In this document: one piece after another, positions 28,801 to 43,973 of the stretch
Position numbering within the stretch: position 1 is the stretch's first letter
Layout: the number at the start of each line of letters is the position of its first letter
NCBI GenBank assembly: GCA_964016885.1
Contig: OZ024743.1
Coordinates: forward strand, 160,146,001 to 160,210,000
Direction of reading: 5' to 3'
DNA length: 64,000 nt
From: Eledone cirrhosa
Taxonomy: Eukaryota
Notes under the pieces: model-generated
What the model was told of the DNA's origin: nothing
The model's input: the letters and a program-made list of their open reading frames with translations, nothing else
The model's database searches: none
Made by a program: the position numbers and the translations under genes

Positions 28801-29006
28801 TTTAGTTTTGTTGGTTCACCATTGGATAGAACTGGTCATTCGGCATAGTCAACCGTGATGTAATAATAGGAAAAGCACTCGATGCAATGCAACTCACCCA
28901 TCTTCGTTTATGTTGAATCTTGTTGGTGGTGCGAGAACGGAGTTAACTATTATTGAGTAAAATGACAGGTGGCTGGACTGGTGAAATTCCTTAAAGAATT
29001 ATTATA

Positions 29007-29066
29007 AACACTATGCACATTTCAATGACCGGGCTCTGCAGGAACCCGGTGACATCATCAGATGTT
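29007..29066 (-). ncRNA. Type-I hammerhead ribozyme
   Basis: Minus strand: aacat-CTGATGA-tgtc-accgggttc..gagcccggt-catt-GAA-ATGTGCAT-A-gtgtt. Confidence 0.75.
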
Positions 29067-30488
29067 ACGAAATTTATCCAATAAAGAAATATAATAATTA
29101 TAGACATAATCCAAGAGGCTGAAAAGTAGAGAGAAATGTTTAAAACATGAAGGCGGCCAGAACCACCATTTGCCAGTCCGGATGACCGCCTTCAAGTAAG
29201 GAACCTACTTAATTTCGTCTTGTCGGTCTGGTCAGGGGGCCGTATGCTATAGTGCAAAACCACTACCACCGCGCTATGGACACATGCTAGCGGTGAATGA
29301 GATCAGGTTACATAGAAGAAAAATTATTTTCGTTGGCGTTAGTCAAAACTACTAAAATATACTAAAAAATATAGTGGACGGATGTACAGTCAGAACCCAA
29401 AAGGTTTTAATGTAGAGTTAGAAATTACGGTTAAAGATTAAAAATGTAAAATTTAGGTTTAAAATTGAGAGATTTAGTTAAAGAATTTGTAGAAGGAAGT
29501 ATTTATATAAAAGTTAAATATATCTTTGATAGTCATAATAAAGTTTTAGGATAGAATTTTAAGTTAAGATCAAAGAGAGTATTTTCGTCTACCGAAAGAA
29601 AAGGAGATTTATTTTTCCAAGCACGCCAGGAAGGTTGACAGACACACACGCTGGGGGTGCAAGCGGGAAGGCCGTCACAGCCAGCCGATCATCTAGCGTA
29701 TACCAAACAATTATTAGTTATTCACACAGGTGGTGTCAAGTTTAAAAGTACCGAAATTTGATGAAATAGGCAAAGAAACTATACCCAATCCCAAGTTAAC
29801 CCGGGTTCCATGTACGGTCCAAATTTGAATTTATACGGGATACAATCCCACGCCACACCGCAATATATACACATGATATGTAGATATATACTCTAACACC
29901 ACAATGTACTAATAACTCAATGAAATCATTACAAAATGGGAACTAAATCGTATGCTGGGTGAGCCCTGGGTGGGTAGGAGGAGTAATTAAAGATAAACAG
30001 ATATAAAAGGTATAGAAAGTAATATCAGTGTCGTGTAATAATTTTAGGTAACAGAAGAGTAGAAGGATAAATTTATAAGGAAAATAAAATGCAGTCATAC
30101 CCAGAGTGGCTATCATGTTAGTAAAAATGTAAGTGAATAAGAAAATATCGAAGAAATCAAATTACAGAAGAAATAAAATACAAATCAAGGTGTAACAAAT
30201 AAACAATAAACAATAGATAACACGGTTGGAAACTACATGGTTATACATTTAGAAGAGTAGAGGTGGTATCAGGCGATGTGTAGTGTAGGTTCGAGTATTA
30301 AATACTTATGTTTCACATAAGAACTATGAAATATAGGATATATAATTCAGTCAATACAATACAGGGTATAGTGGAATATGTTGATTGTTCGAAGAATTAT
30401 ATATATATATAAGGCTCCCCTTAAAATTTGTCTTTTTTTTCCCACCTTTAATTCGTTGTCTTGTCCTGTCTGTTATTTTTTCTAAGTT

Positions 30489-30673
30489 AATTGTTTCTAC
30501 TTTAGGCACAAGGCCAGCAATTATCCAGTGCATTACTAGTACTTTATTTTATCGACCCCGTAAGGATGAAAGGAAAAGTCAACCTCGGCGGGATTTGAAC
30601 TCAGATCGTAAAGGGACGTAACTATGCTGGAAAGCATGGCGTCCGACCCTCTACTGATACTGCCAATCCACCG
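30489..30673 (-). mobile_element. tRNA-derived SINE
   Basis: Near-identical reverse complement of 54354-54540. Confidence 0.9.
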
Positions 30674-30709
30674 TTATTTTTTCGAAGTTAATGATATATA
30701 GATATATAT

Positions 30710-31400
30710 ATTAGTTTTGCGAGGTTTTTGATATGAAATCGTGTGTCGCAACAAATATTGTTATACTTGGGGAGGGCCATATTTGTGTAATAATATTGCC
30801 AGAATTAATAACAGAACACACTCACTGTTTGGTTGGTTTCGCTTCTGTGTCTTTTATATCGGTTAATTTTATTTATTCGGTCCTCAATGTTACCATTGAC
30901 TGACCAACGGTCAAAAATACAGATACAATATAGACACAAACACATATATATATAGTCTAACAAAGTTCTTTCGTTGCACATCTGCAACATCGTCAGTGGT
31001 GCTATCATGTTTCCTCCCGTTGCATTGTATGCTTATGCCATCTTTATTTATTTGTTTATTTTTTTGTCTTCTCTGCGCATGTGTTTGCGTGTGTGTATAG
31101 TGTTTTGTTTGATGTGTTTCGTGTTTGGGTGACTGTGTATTGGTTATTGTATTCTATCTTAGTTTACTAGTGTGTGTTTATATGTGTTTGTTGTTATTGT
31201 GCTTGTGTATGTATTTGTTTATTTATACTTCTCTTAGGTCAGTGTTGTTTGTTTGGGTGTTGTTCTTATTCCATTCGATCTTTATGTTCATGCGTACAAT
31301 TACCCTCTTCTGTATTGTCAATCTGTCATTCAGCTTGACCCTGCTCTGCTGTGTCTCTGATACCTTCAAAGTTCTGTGGAATCTCTCCTGGTGACAACAT
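30710..31400 (-). mobile_element. Copy of the non-coding PLE-terminus family of 22.7-23.7 kb
   Basis: Collinear homology; minus strand CTGACGA-t-gttgca-gatg-tgcaac-GAAAGAACTTTG. Confidence 0.8.
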
Positions 31401-31435
31401 AATCAATACGTTTTGTGGTATTTATTCTGTCACTT

Positions 31436-31925
31436 ATACATATATGTATACATATATGTATGTACGTATACACACATACTTACATTTAAGTACCAGCCGT
31501 ACTAAGAGTGAGAAATGAAATTTCGTTTCATTCTTTTCCATTTATCGTTTTCGGTGCTTCCAGCCGACTAACTCAGTCGATATGCAAATTAGGCTGCTCA
31601 GCCGTTAATATGCACAAGGAAATTATATACTTTCAGACGTTCAACCATCTGACAGAAAGGTATACGATGCTGACGATAGCTAATAAGCTTGAAACTAGTA
31701 CATCGTTCATGTGTCAGTGTTGAACAAAAAGGTGACGATAGTTGCCTGAACACTGTACGGCGTAATTCGGGCTGTTTGTTTACAAACAAACCGAGCATTA
31801 TAATAAATGTTCGGTAAACCCATACGTACATATATATATATATATATGTGTGCATGTATGTATATATACACATACTACTGTACGTCTGTATACATATATG
31901 TATATACGTATACATACATACTTAC
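31436..31925 (+). mobile_element. Retrozyme-like non-coding element, terminally redundant, one HHR
   Basis: Direct terminal redundancy (GTATACATATATGTAT..CATACTTAC); homologous to 35655-36437. Confidence 0.75.
31664..31706 (+). ncRNA. Canonical minimal type-I hammerhead ribozyme
   Basis: acgatg-CTGACGA-tagct-aata-agctt-GAA-ACTAGT-A-catcgt. Confidence 0.88.
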
Positions 31926-32014
<89 letters not shown>

Positions 32015-32041
32015 AGAGAGAGAGAGAGAGAGAGGGGGAAG

Positions 32042-32137
<96 letters not shown>

Positions 32138-32944
32138 TGCGGAGAGACATACATGAAAATGTTTGACTTGGGAATAAAAAGCATATTAGGATGAACTTGG
32201 CACATCTAATATGTGAATAATTAATTAAATTTCAGTCAACAAACCAAAAGAGAAATATGTAGAGTGAATGAGAAAATGGCATACAGGAATGACGTTCGTT
32301 AAAGTGACAGAGTTACAAGTAAAATCTTTTGTCAGTTGCAAAATGAAGAAAAGTGAGAATACACAAAACCTACAGGAATATAAGAAAATCAATTAGTCAC
32401 TTTTAATTTCCTCAGGATGACATTGTGCGTGTTTGATACATAAATGTATATATATATGTGTGTGTGTTGGTATGAAGGCATTAGCTGTGTATATGAAATA
32501 GGTGGATTTGTGAATTTGTATATCTGGCGATACAAGGTATGTTTATAGATAAAAACTTCATTTTCTTCCCGGCACCGTCAATTCTGAACTGTCATTATTA
32601 ATACGATGAACCCTTACTGAGTCATATAAGCATGACACCCCACCCGGCCTATATGGTTACTCTCCCATCCAGCTTCCTGCTTACACAAAAGCCAGTCTTC
32701 GAACGTCCAACTTACATACCAATACGCACCCGCGCATGCAATCAGACACACACACGAATACTTACACATTCGCACACACACACACGCACATGAATATATG
32801 TGTGAATGTACACGCGCAAAGCTGCTCCACCAATTTCATTACAATACCAACATACGCCCACACACAATAAATAGAGCCAATATATATGTATATACACATA
32901 TCATCTCACAAACCCCAACGAACACTATATTTTTTGTCACAATT

Positions 32945-33017
32945 CCAGTCTGGTGAGTCGGGTCAATATCTCTTATGGGTGACCTTGAACCAATCCTCTA
33001 CGAAAAGCGCGTAACAG
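32945..33017 (+). ncRNA. Degenerate hammerhead at a PLE-like 3' end
   Basis: ccagt-CTGGTGA-gt..ac-GAAAagcgcGTA-acagg, then AATAAA and (TA)n. Confidence 0.4.
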
Positions 33018-33070
33018 GTCGATACACAATAAATATCTTGTACATGTAAACGAAACTTCCACGTTTTCAC

Positions 33071-33173
<103 letters not shown>

Positions 33174-33593
33174 TGGATTGTACTATTCATGTGGTTGAAA
33201 CACGCTGTTGTGTAGATTGTTTTATCTAAATTGAACTTGTTTCTCGTGAATCAAGTTTCCACTGCACTGCGAAATTCAAGCGGAATTTGTTTTTCTTTCA
33301 ATGTTTCTATTAGTTTTATACACATTGAAGAGATTTCTCTCATTGGATGTTTTCCAATTAATTTTTATTTTTACGTAGTCTTTTCTTTGCTTTGATGTTT
33401 TCCTGTTTATATATTCGAAGCTCAGTATTTGATCTACTACTGATGTCCTTGTTTTCCTCAACTCAGTCCAATTGTTTTCATCGATATATATGTGTTCCTT
33501 AATGTATTTGTAAAGCTCCTTCTTGTTTCAATATGTAAGGTCGAGCTTTTTTGCTTGGCAGTTGGTTGTTTAGAATAATGTTTGTTAAAATAG

Positions 33594-33781
33594 AATTCTG
33601 TGCGATTGTAAAGGTGGAGAAATATTTTCGTAAACAAATTACTTATCACTTTCGAATAGACCATATGTACAAAAATCCACAGGAGCAAATCAAAATTTCG
33701 CTACAACTGTACGCCGATATAAAACGCTTAGGTGAAGCGTTTAACAATCACATATTCAGTAGCAAACAAAAAATAGTCTAA
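33594..33781 (+). CDS. Possible terminal host exon
   Basis: AG, then a non-repetitive open frame FCAIVKVEKYFRKQITYHFRIDHMYKNPQEQIKISLQLYADIKRLGEAFNNHIFSSKQKIV*. Confidence 0.25.
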
Positions 33782-34323
33782 AATATTTGTAGTTAAACCG
33801 GAATCAATTTGTATTTCTTTAATTGGAAACTACTTTAAAATACATCATCTACTAGAAAATAGTGGAGCAAAAAGGGAAAACCTATTACAAACGACATTGG
33901 AGAATATAGACATACATTTTATAACCAATTTATTGTGTGGATAAAATAGAATGTTTGTTTGTGTTTAAGATAAAGTTTCATTGCAAATAATCTTACAAAA
34001 CTGTGTATTACACTATGAATTAACTACATATCATAATTCATTAGTGCAAGCGCACTTATACAAATTAACCTGACTGGCTTAGCCTATTGCTAGATTGCAT
34101 ACATTATAAATAGGTAAATGTTAATAATTTCTCTATGATATGATAATGGCTATTCTTCGATGATGGGCAATCTAAAATTTAGTCTGATACATTCGATCTG
34201 TATGTTAACAGAGAAAGAGAGAGGGAGAAGGAGAGAGAAAGTTTGTAGTAATATCTTACTTTCACTGTGAGACTATGTGTATTAAAATGTTCGCATTACA
34301 TTTCTTACATTCTTCTCTCTCCC

Positions 34324-34415
<92 letters not shown>

Positions 34416-34440
34416 ATACATACATATCTATATATATATA

Positions 34441-35270
34441 TAAAGAATTAGTATATCTACTAACATATATATAAAGATACATACCTATGCTAGCAAATAT
34501 ATAGGTTTTGTCGTAGTAACTTTGTGGTTCAATGCACGGGGATGCAGAACAATTATATGAAAGACGTAAAATAAGAAAACTATAAAAATTAACTTACTTA
34601 CAAAAATTTCACTCCAACTAATTAGTTTCTGAAAGGGAATATACAAGGTTTCCAAATGGAACACATGGAGAAGCCGTTTCGTCATCAGGAAGTCTGTTCT
34701 CAGTTAAGTTACCAGGCGATGCGTGGACACAGGGAAGTTATACAAAAATAATTCAGTGGATGGAAAAAAGCAAGCGTGGACTAAATTCCAAGAAATTGAA
34801 AAAATCACTGCCTACTTGGTCGGTGGCAAATTCAAAAGAATCAATCACGTGACATCGAGGTTAATCAGTGAGGAGTGGGGTGTTAAAAAGACAATAGCCG
34901 AGCCATTGCTATGAACTATAGTAGCAGTTTTGGCAAATTTTTGCTCAACAAAATAATTTGGAGATATTATAAAGAATTAGTATATCTACCAACATATATA
35001 TACACATGCATACCTATGCTAGCAAATATAAAGGTTTTGTCTTAGTAACTTTGTGGTCCAATGCAAGGGGATGCAGAACAATTATATGAAAGACGTATAA
35101 ATTCCCTGTGTCCACGCATCGACTGGTAATTTCCTGATGACGAAACGGCTTCTCCATGCTTTCCATTTGGAAAACATATTTATTCCCTTTCAGAAACTAA
35201 TTAGTTGGAGTTAAATTTTAATAAGTAAGTTAATTTTTATAATTTTCTTATTTTACGTCTTTCATATATA
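34441..35270. mobile_element. 529-bp non-coding unit in partial tandem plus inverted piece, with an HHR-like core
   Basis: 34441 repeats at 34970; 35095-35270 mirrors 34553-34745; CTGATGA..GAAA motif. Confidence 0.75.
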
Positions 35271-35604
35271 TATATGTCCGACAGACAACCTTTTCCCCCA
35301 CCCCGGAAAAAAACCCATTTGATGGATGTGAATCCGAAATATATAGGGACTTTTAAATCTCTCCCAAGGTAACTCTCTCTTGTGTTGTTATTATTATTTT
35401 TATCCTTTTACTCTCCCCTTCATTCTACACATCTCACACATCTTATAAACACCACGCATCTCAACGTACACCCACTTACATCTCTCTCTCCACCACCGGA
35501 CCTTGTTACCCGGAGAGTTACCCATTTGCATTGTCGAGGCTTACAAACGACTTATAGATATTTACTTATTGTTCCACAATGCTTCAAGCAAACTTCAATA
35601 CTCT

Positions 35605-35654
<50 letters not shown>

Positions 35655-35658
<4 letters not shown>

Positions 35659-36437
35659 TATGTACACGTACATACATATATGTATACAGACGTACAGTAG
35701 TATGTATATATATATACATACATGCACACATATATATATATGTACGTATGGATTCACCGAACATTTATTATAATGCTCGGTGTGCTTGTAAACAAGCATC
35801 CCGTATTAAGCCGTAGTGTCCAGCAACCATCGTTGCTCGTTTGTTCAACACTGACAAAGGAACGCTGTACTAAATTCAAGCTTATTAGCTATCATCATCA
35901 ACGTATACCTTCCTGCCAGATTGTTGAACGTATATACTTACCTTATACATATTAACGGCTGAGTAGCCCAATTTGCACATCGAGTGGGTTAATCGGCCGG
36001 GTGCACCGAAAACGATAAACGGAACAAATGAAACGAAATTTCATTTCCCACTCTTAGTACGGCTGTTACTTAAATATAAGTATGTACACGTACATACATA
36101 TATGTATACAGACGTACAGTAGTATCTATATATATATATATATATATATACATACAGGCACACATATATATATGTATGTATGGATTCCCTGAACATTTAT
36201 TATAATGCTCGGTGTGCTTGTAAAGAAACATCCCGTATTAAGCCGCAGTGTCCAGCACACCGAGCATTATAATAAATGTTCGGTGAATCCATACGTACAT
36301 ATATATATGTGTGCATGTATGTATATATATATATACATACTACTGTACGTCTGTATACATATATGTATGTACGTGTACATACTTATATTTAAGTAACAGC
36401 CGTACTAAAAGTGGGAAATGAAATTTCGTTTCATTTT
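35655..36437 (-). mobile_element. Retrozyme-like element: 422-bp unit, partial second unit, then inverted arm
   Basis: TAAGTATGTACACG at 35655 and 36077; 36255-36437 is inverted; mutated HHR at about 35863-35905 (-). Confidence 0.78.
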
Positions 36438-36477
36438 TTCAGTGTGTATATATATATATATATATCAAATATATATA

Positions 36478-37385
36478 TTGAGTTAGGAACTCAAAATTGT
36501 CTCTTACAATAAAATAACTCTAAGAAAGAGATATTTCCGAGCCGTATATTATAATTGAATATAAAAGAAAAATGAACACAGATATATACATATATGTGTT
36601 CAAATCGCAAGGGACCAGATTTGCTAAGGTGAAAAGAATACTAACTATAGACAATAGAGTTTGCCTGTCTCAATGTAAGAAAAAATCAAGAAAATAAATA
36701 CAAACTGGAATTGTGGTAACTACCAATCTCCCAGACAGCTTGGTGCTGTTTCACAATATTAATTGTGAATAGAATTACCAATTCTTGCTCATCAGTTGGG
36801 GGTGAATTACTATCCTAGACACTTCTAAGTATATTAAAACACTGAATAGTGCGCAGATGATATCTTAGCGTGTGTCACAAACTTACACCACTAAAATTAG
36901 CAGCCAGGTTTATTCGACATTTGAAATAGCTCAACAAATTAACGGAGCCATACCTTTGATATATTCGGCACCGTTAATTTGTTGAGCTATTTCAAATGTC
37001 GAATAAACCTGGCTGCTATTTTTAGTGGTGTAAGTTTAAGAGACACGCTAAGATACCATGTGCGTTATTATATATAGCACACTATTCAGTTTTTAATATA
37101 CTTAGAAGTGACTAGGATACTAATTCATCACCCACTGATGAGCAAGAATTGGTAATTCTATTCACAATTAATATTGCGAAAGAGCACAAAGCTGTCTGGG
37201 TTATTGATAGTTACCATAATTCCGGTTTGTATTTATTTTCTTGATTTTTTCTTAAATTGAGACAGGCTAGCCCTATTGTCTATAGTTAGTATTCTTTTCA
37301 CCTTGGCGAATCTGGTCCCTTGCGATTTGAACACATATATGTATATATCTGTGTTCGTTTTTCTTTTATATTCAATTATATATAT
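36478..37385. mobile_element. Fold-back with ~400-bp arms, HHR in each arm
   Basis: 36550-36946 mirrors 36971-37385; HHRs at 36730-36800 (-) and 37131-37200 (+). Confidence 0.88.
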
Positions 37386-37389
37386 AAAT

Positions 37390-38780
37390 GTAAAAAACCC
37401 ACGAATATATCAACACATCAAACCAACCATAATACTAAAATAAACCGCAACAAACCACCATCTCCTTCACATATAACAAGTCGAGTAAAGTCCACACCAA
37501 ATTTGACTAACTCCCATAATATAATATTCATAATATAATATTCACAAAAAAAATTGCCCATTAAAGGGAAATTGTCTTATTAATAACAGTCTATAAATGT
37601 AAAATTAGCACTAAGGACTCCACCTATTCATATATAGGAGCTACGTCTAACCAATTTAAAGTAAGATTTAATACCCACAAACATAGTTTTAAAAATGCCG
37701 CATTAGCTAATACAACATCCTTGCATGAAACCATTATTAATAATTATAGAAAAAAGAATATCGATTACAACCTGACCTGCAGTGTGCTCAAAAGGGCCAC
37801 CCCTTATCAAAATAACAGATATGAGTGTAGATTATGCTCCCAGGAACTTTTTGAAATAATGAAATCTAAGGATATCCTATTAAATAAACGACAAGAATTA
37901 ATTATATCTTGAAATCATAGAATTAGAAGAACCTTCAAATATTATAAACCTAATTAATACACCTTACACTTATATTTTACAAATTATTATAATTAGTTTT
38001 TTTTATTTAGTTAACATATAATTAGTACTTTACTACAGAGAACTTCATAATTTGATTTCCCTCTTACAGCTCTCTTTTCCGAAAATTAATACCTAAAAGT
38101 ATACATATAAATTAATTTAATTTCCTGTTATGAATCTAGATTCCTTGTAGTTTATATAAGATTGTTATTTCTCACTTATCCCAACATTCTTTAATAACAT
38201 CTATTAATTTAATTTCTTGATATAGATCTATATTCCGTGTGGTTTTAATAAGATTGGTATTTCTCACTAATACCCTTACCCTAAAATTTTACTTTCCTTC
38301 GTTTTTAACATTATTCTTTAATAACATCAAATTTTCGTGTACCCTTAACCGGCTTGACCCCATTTCATCCCCAAAGTATTCTTTTCATTCAAAGTATTCT
38401 TTCCATTCAAAACATAAGTCTGCACTCCTCTACCCTTAAATTAAATTCCTACTACTACTATTCTATCAACTTGATCACTTACTACCTTTCTATTGGTCAA
38501 TTCAAAACCTGTTCACAAACAGACCTCGTATATTAAATCTTTGTTGGTTTTTTTCAATAAACAAATCTCATCATTTCTGAAGACAGCATATATATGTGAA
38601 GGTATGTATATTTCCTCTGATAGTTTGTAATATTTTTACATAGATCTATATGATATACATATCAACACACATATATATCCTAGAAACGATCGTAAAATGA
38701 TGAATTTTTTAATATAAGGAACTTTTTCTTTGTTTTTATTCATTGTTTTTATTAATTTATATATTTAATTAATTTATATA
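37390..38780 (+). mobile_element. 5'-truncated PLE: GIY-YIG and 3' UTR
   Basis: NCPLKGNCL..VYKC..YIGATSNQFKVRFNTHKHSF..CRLCSQE..LNKRQE. Confidence 0.88.
38568..38703 (+). ncRNA. Hammerhead with intact core and ~99-nt stem II
   Basis: tcatcattt-CTGAAGA-..atatatatgtg..cacatatatat..-GAA-ACGATCGT-A-aaatgatga. Confidence 0.82.
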
Positions 38781-38797
38781 TATATATTAAAATAAAA

Positions 38798-39282
38798 GAT
38801 TAAAGTTTAAGCAATGAATCGCTGCTTTCACCCTTAACGGGATCTTCTGAAACTAACAAAGCCAATCTGTGAACGCAGAAGTGAATATTTCAAAAAACGC
38901 TGCAGCCGGAGGAATATTAGTCTACGACTTCTTTTATACCATAAACGTCGTTTTGTCTTTGCGTGTAATTGTTTTTCACCGCTCCAAATAATAACGTATT
39001 ACATTCGTTTTTCCCGTTCTTTGCCAGGGAACGTTTCCACGAACCAAAGTATCGTCTTCCTGTCTTCCTCCGGTTGCAACGTTTTTTGAAATATTCACTT
39101 CTGCGTTCACAGATTGACTTTGTTAGTTTCAGAAGATCCCGTTAAGGGTGAAAGCAGCGATTCTTTGCTTAAACTTTAATCGGTTATGTTAATAAATATT
39201 TGCTCTATGTTTCTTATATCTTTGATACATATTTATCCTTATCGAGCCCTCTTTGGATTTTAGTCTTCAAAGTTATTATTAT

Positions 39283-39287
<5 letters not shown>
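38798..39287. mobile_element. Fold-back with a CAGAAGA-core hammerhead-like motif in both arms
   Basis: 38798-38914 mirrors 39065-39181; agttt-CAGAAGA-tccc..gggt-GAA-AGCA..TGCT-T-aaact. Confidence 0.8.
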
Positions 39288-39340
<53 letters not shown>

Positions 39341-39399
39341 AATATTATTAGTAAGAAACGAAATATATACACTTTATATCATCTCTATTTATTTAATTA

Positions 39400-40707
39400 C
39401 TAGCTGAATTACCCGGCGATGTTCGGGTTACTGCTGTTCTTATTCATATTAGTAAACAATAAATATGAAGATGTTTTGTTTTCTCGTCAATATTTCAAAA
39501 TATCTATATTTTATAAAAGAAAAATGTCAAAATTGTTACGATAATAGAATTTAGAAATGAAAATCTTTCAATCTTGAAACACTTTAGAGTAAACAATGTT
39601 CATTGCGTAATTTTTTGTTGGTGTCCAAATGAATAAATTGTTGCTACACACTCACACACATACACTCTCACATACATATACTTAGACGGACACACACATA
39701 AATACATTCACGCAGACACAGGCATAGCTTTCACCTCATTTTTTTGACAGTCGCTACAAATGTATATGTATGTGTAGATGTGTGTGTATTTAATAAAGTA
39801 CCTAATGAACGTGCACACACACACTCACAGACACATACATATTCCTATGCAAAACGTGACGTCCTTGAGTTGTTTTCTACTGTTTTAATTTAAATGAAAA
39901 TAAAAATTATCACACATACACTCATACACACATACACTCACGTACATACACTAAGACAGACACATACACAGACAGACATTCGCGCACACATGTCTGTTAT
40001 CACATATGTATCTATATGTCTAGATATGTGTGTGTGTGTGTTTAATTGTCTGTGTATATAGATAATGTGTATGCAACTTACTAAAGCTATATGTGTGTGT
40101 GTGTTTAATTCTCTGAGGCCTAACATACGTAACCCACTCGCAAAAACACACACACTCACAGACACATACACACTCATATACAAAATGTGACGTCGTGGCG
40201 ATCGTGGTGGTCGTCGTGGTGCATTACTATAGTTGACTAAAGAAAATATCGTTATGTCAGTCAACACACATACAATCACACACACATACACTCTCACATA
40301 CATACACTCACACACACATACACTCTAACATACATTCACATACATATACTAAGACAGAAACCAACACATACAAAATGTGCTGTTTACACTCTCACATACA
40401 CTCACACTGATTATGTGTATGTATGTGTGTGTTTAATTCTCTGAGGCCTAAAGTACATAACGAACGCACAAACACACACTCACAGACACATACACACTCA
40501 TATACAAAATGTGACGTCTTCATCATTGTTTACTATAGTTGACTATAGACATGTTACTTTAGATAAAATATTATATTGTTTAATCCAAATGAAAATAAAA
40601 ATTACATGTTGACACTTCCGGGGTAAAATTTGATTTGATTTGGTTAGAGAATGCACAGGAACAGACAAACAGACAGACATAGAGACGAAGAATTTTATAT
40701 ATATAGA
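39400..40707 (-). mobile_element. Non-autonomous Helitron (second family)
   Basis: Minus strand starts TCTATATATATAAAA and ends hairpin CCCGAACATCGCCGGG..CTAG; A|T site; internal CA-rich duplications. Confidence 0.85.
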
Positions 40708-40899
40708 TATATATTTTGAAGATGCAAAGTTTTATATATAACATAATGCAAAACATGTTCTCAGACAAAATACATAGATAATGTATAATTTATTTCTGAT
40801 ATGCTGGTAGACAAACGAAATGGACAGATCCATAACCATCAGGCATATGACTGGAAAAGCACCAGCACGTAAGAGTTTTAAGTGATTGAGGGTAAAACA

Positions 40900-42700
<1,801 letters not shown>

Positions 42701-42885
42701 TTGATTTGGCCATCGGGGTCGCGAATTTTTTATACTCCGACCAACTCCATCTCACTCAACAAACATTAGGATATACTTATGTATTATCCCAATTTAGTGT
42801 TTGGAGGTGCTAACTAATCAGTATTTCGTGGATAGTTGGTTGTATTATTTTATATGAGACAATATTAAATAAATATCTCTTTCCT

Positions 42886-43009
42886 TCCAGACGGCCGTTT
42901 CGTTATAAGATTTCTACAATTTGGGATAAATAATGTCCAGGTTATGTAGAAACTTGTATATAATCCATAGTTTTATACACAAGCGGGCTCTTATAAACTC
43001 ATCAGTGGA
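42886..43009 (-). ncRNA. Hammerhead with intact core and branched stem II
   Basis: Minus strand: tcca-CTGATGA-gtttataaga[two hairpins]tcttataac-GAA-ACGGCCGT-C-tgga. Confidence 0.82.
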
Positions 43010-43870
43010 TGCCCTATCAATATCGATATAAGAATTATATCGACATTAACAGAATGGTGATGGTCTCCCTCAGCGCTAAGAAGAGACTGGTAGATTAGAA
43101 AATCCAGCAGTCCTCCCAAAGAAAAATACACGCTGTCCCCAAAAGGTAAAGGGTGGTTATCTTAAAATAAAACAATATACACGCTGGTCATTTAAACCTG
43201 TTATGTATTAACCACGTGTATAAGAACTCAAATGGAAATTAAAAGAATAACCATATGTATACGCAACCAATGCACACACAGAGATATTAAAACATAATAA
43301 ATACATGTATGGATCACCCATATACACACATAGTCATTCTCTAAGGCTAAATCAGACATTGGATACAAGGAAGATCAATCAGTATTTAATATTTAAAAAA
43401 ATATATATATATATATTTATTTATGTATTTTGCAAGATTTTTTATATGAAATTGTGTGTTGAGGAAAGGTTCATATTGTTATAATATTGCCAGAAATAAT
43501 AATTAAAAACATTCACTCTTTCGTTTGGATTAGTTTTCGATTCTGTATTGTTTATGTGGCGTAGGTATTACAATACAACGGGAGGAAACAATTTTACCAC
43601 TGATGATGTCACAGATGTGTGACGAAAGAAGTTTGATAGACTATATCTATATATTTATATCTGTATTTTTAACCGTTGGTCAATCAATGATAAACATTGA
43701 TTGCCAGATAAAATAACTATGAAGATATAAAAGATACAGAAGCGAAAACTAATCCAGATCAAACAGTGAGTATTTTTAATTATTATTTCTGGCAATATTA
43801 TAACAATATGATCCCGACATATAGGTTATGTAGTTATATATAATCTATGATATATAAACGTTGTTTTCCG

Positions 43871-43973
<103 letters not shown>

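Noticed and set aside
32236-32430. Exon-like segments (also 40800-40868 and 48926-49054)
   Set aside because: Splice-like signals, but stops in the likely frames or no phase-compatible partner.
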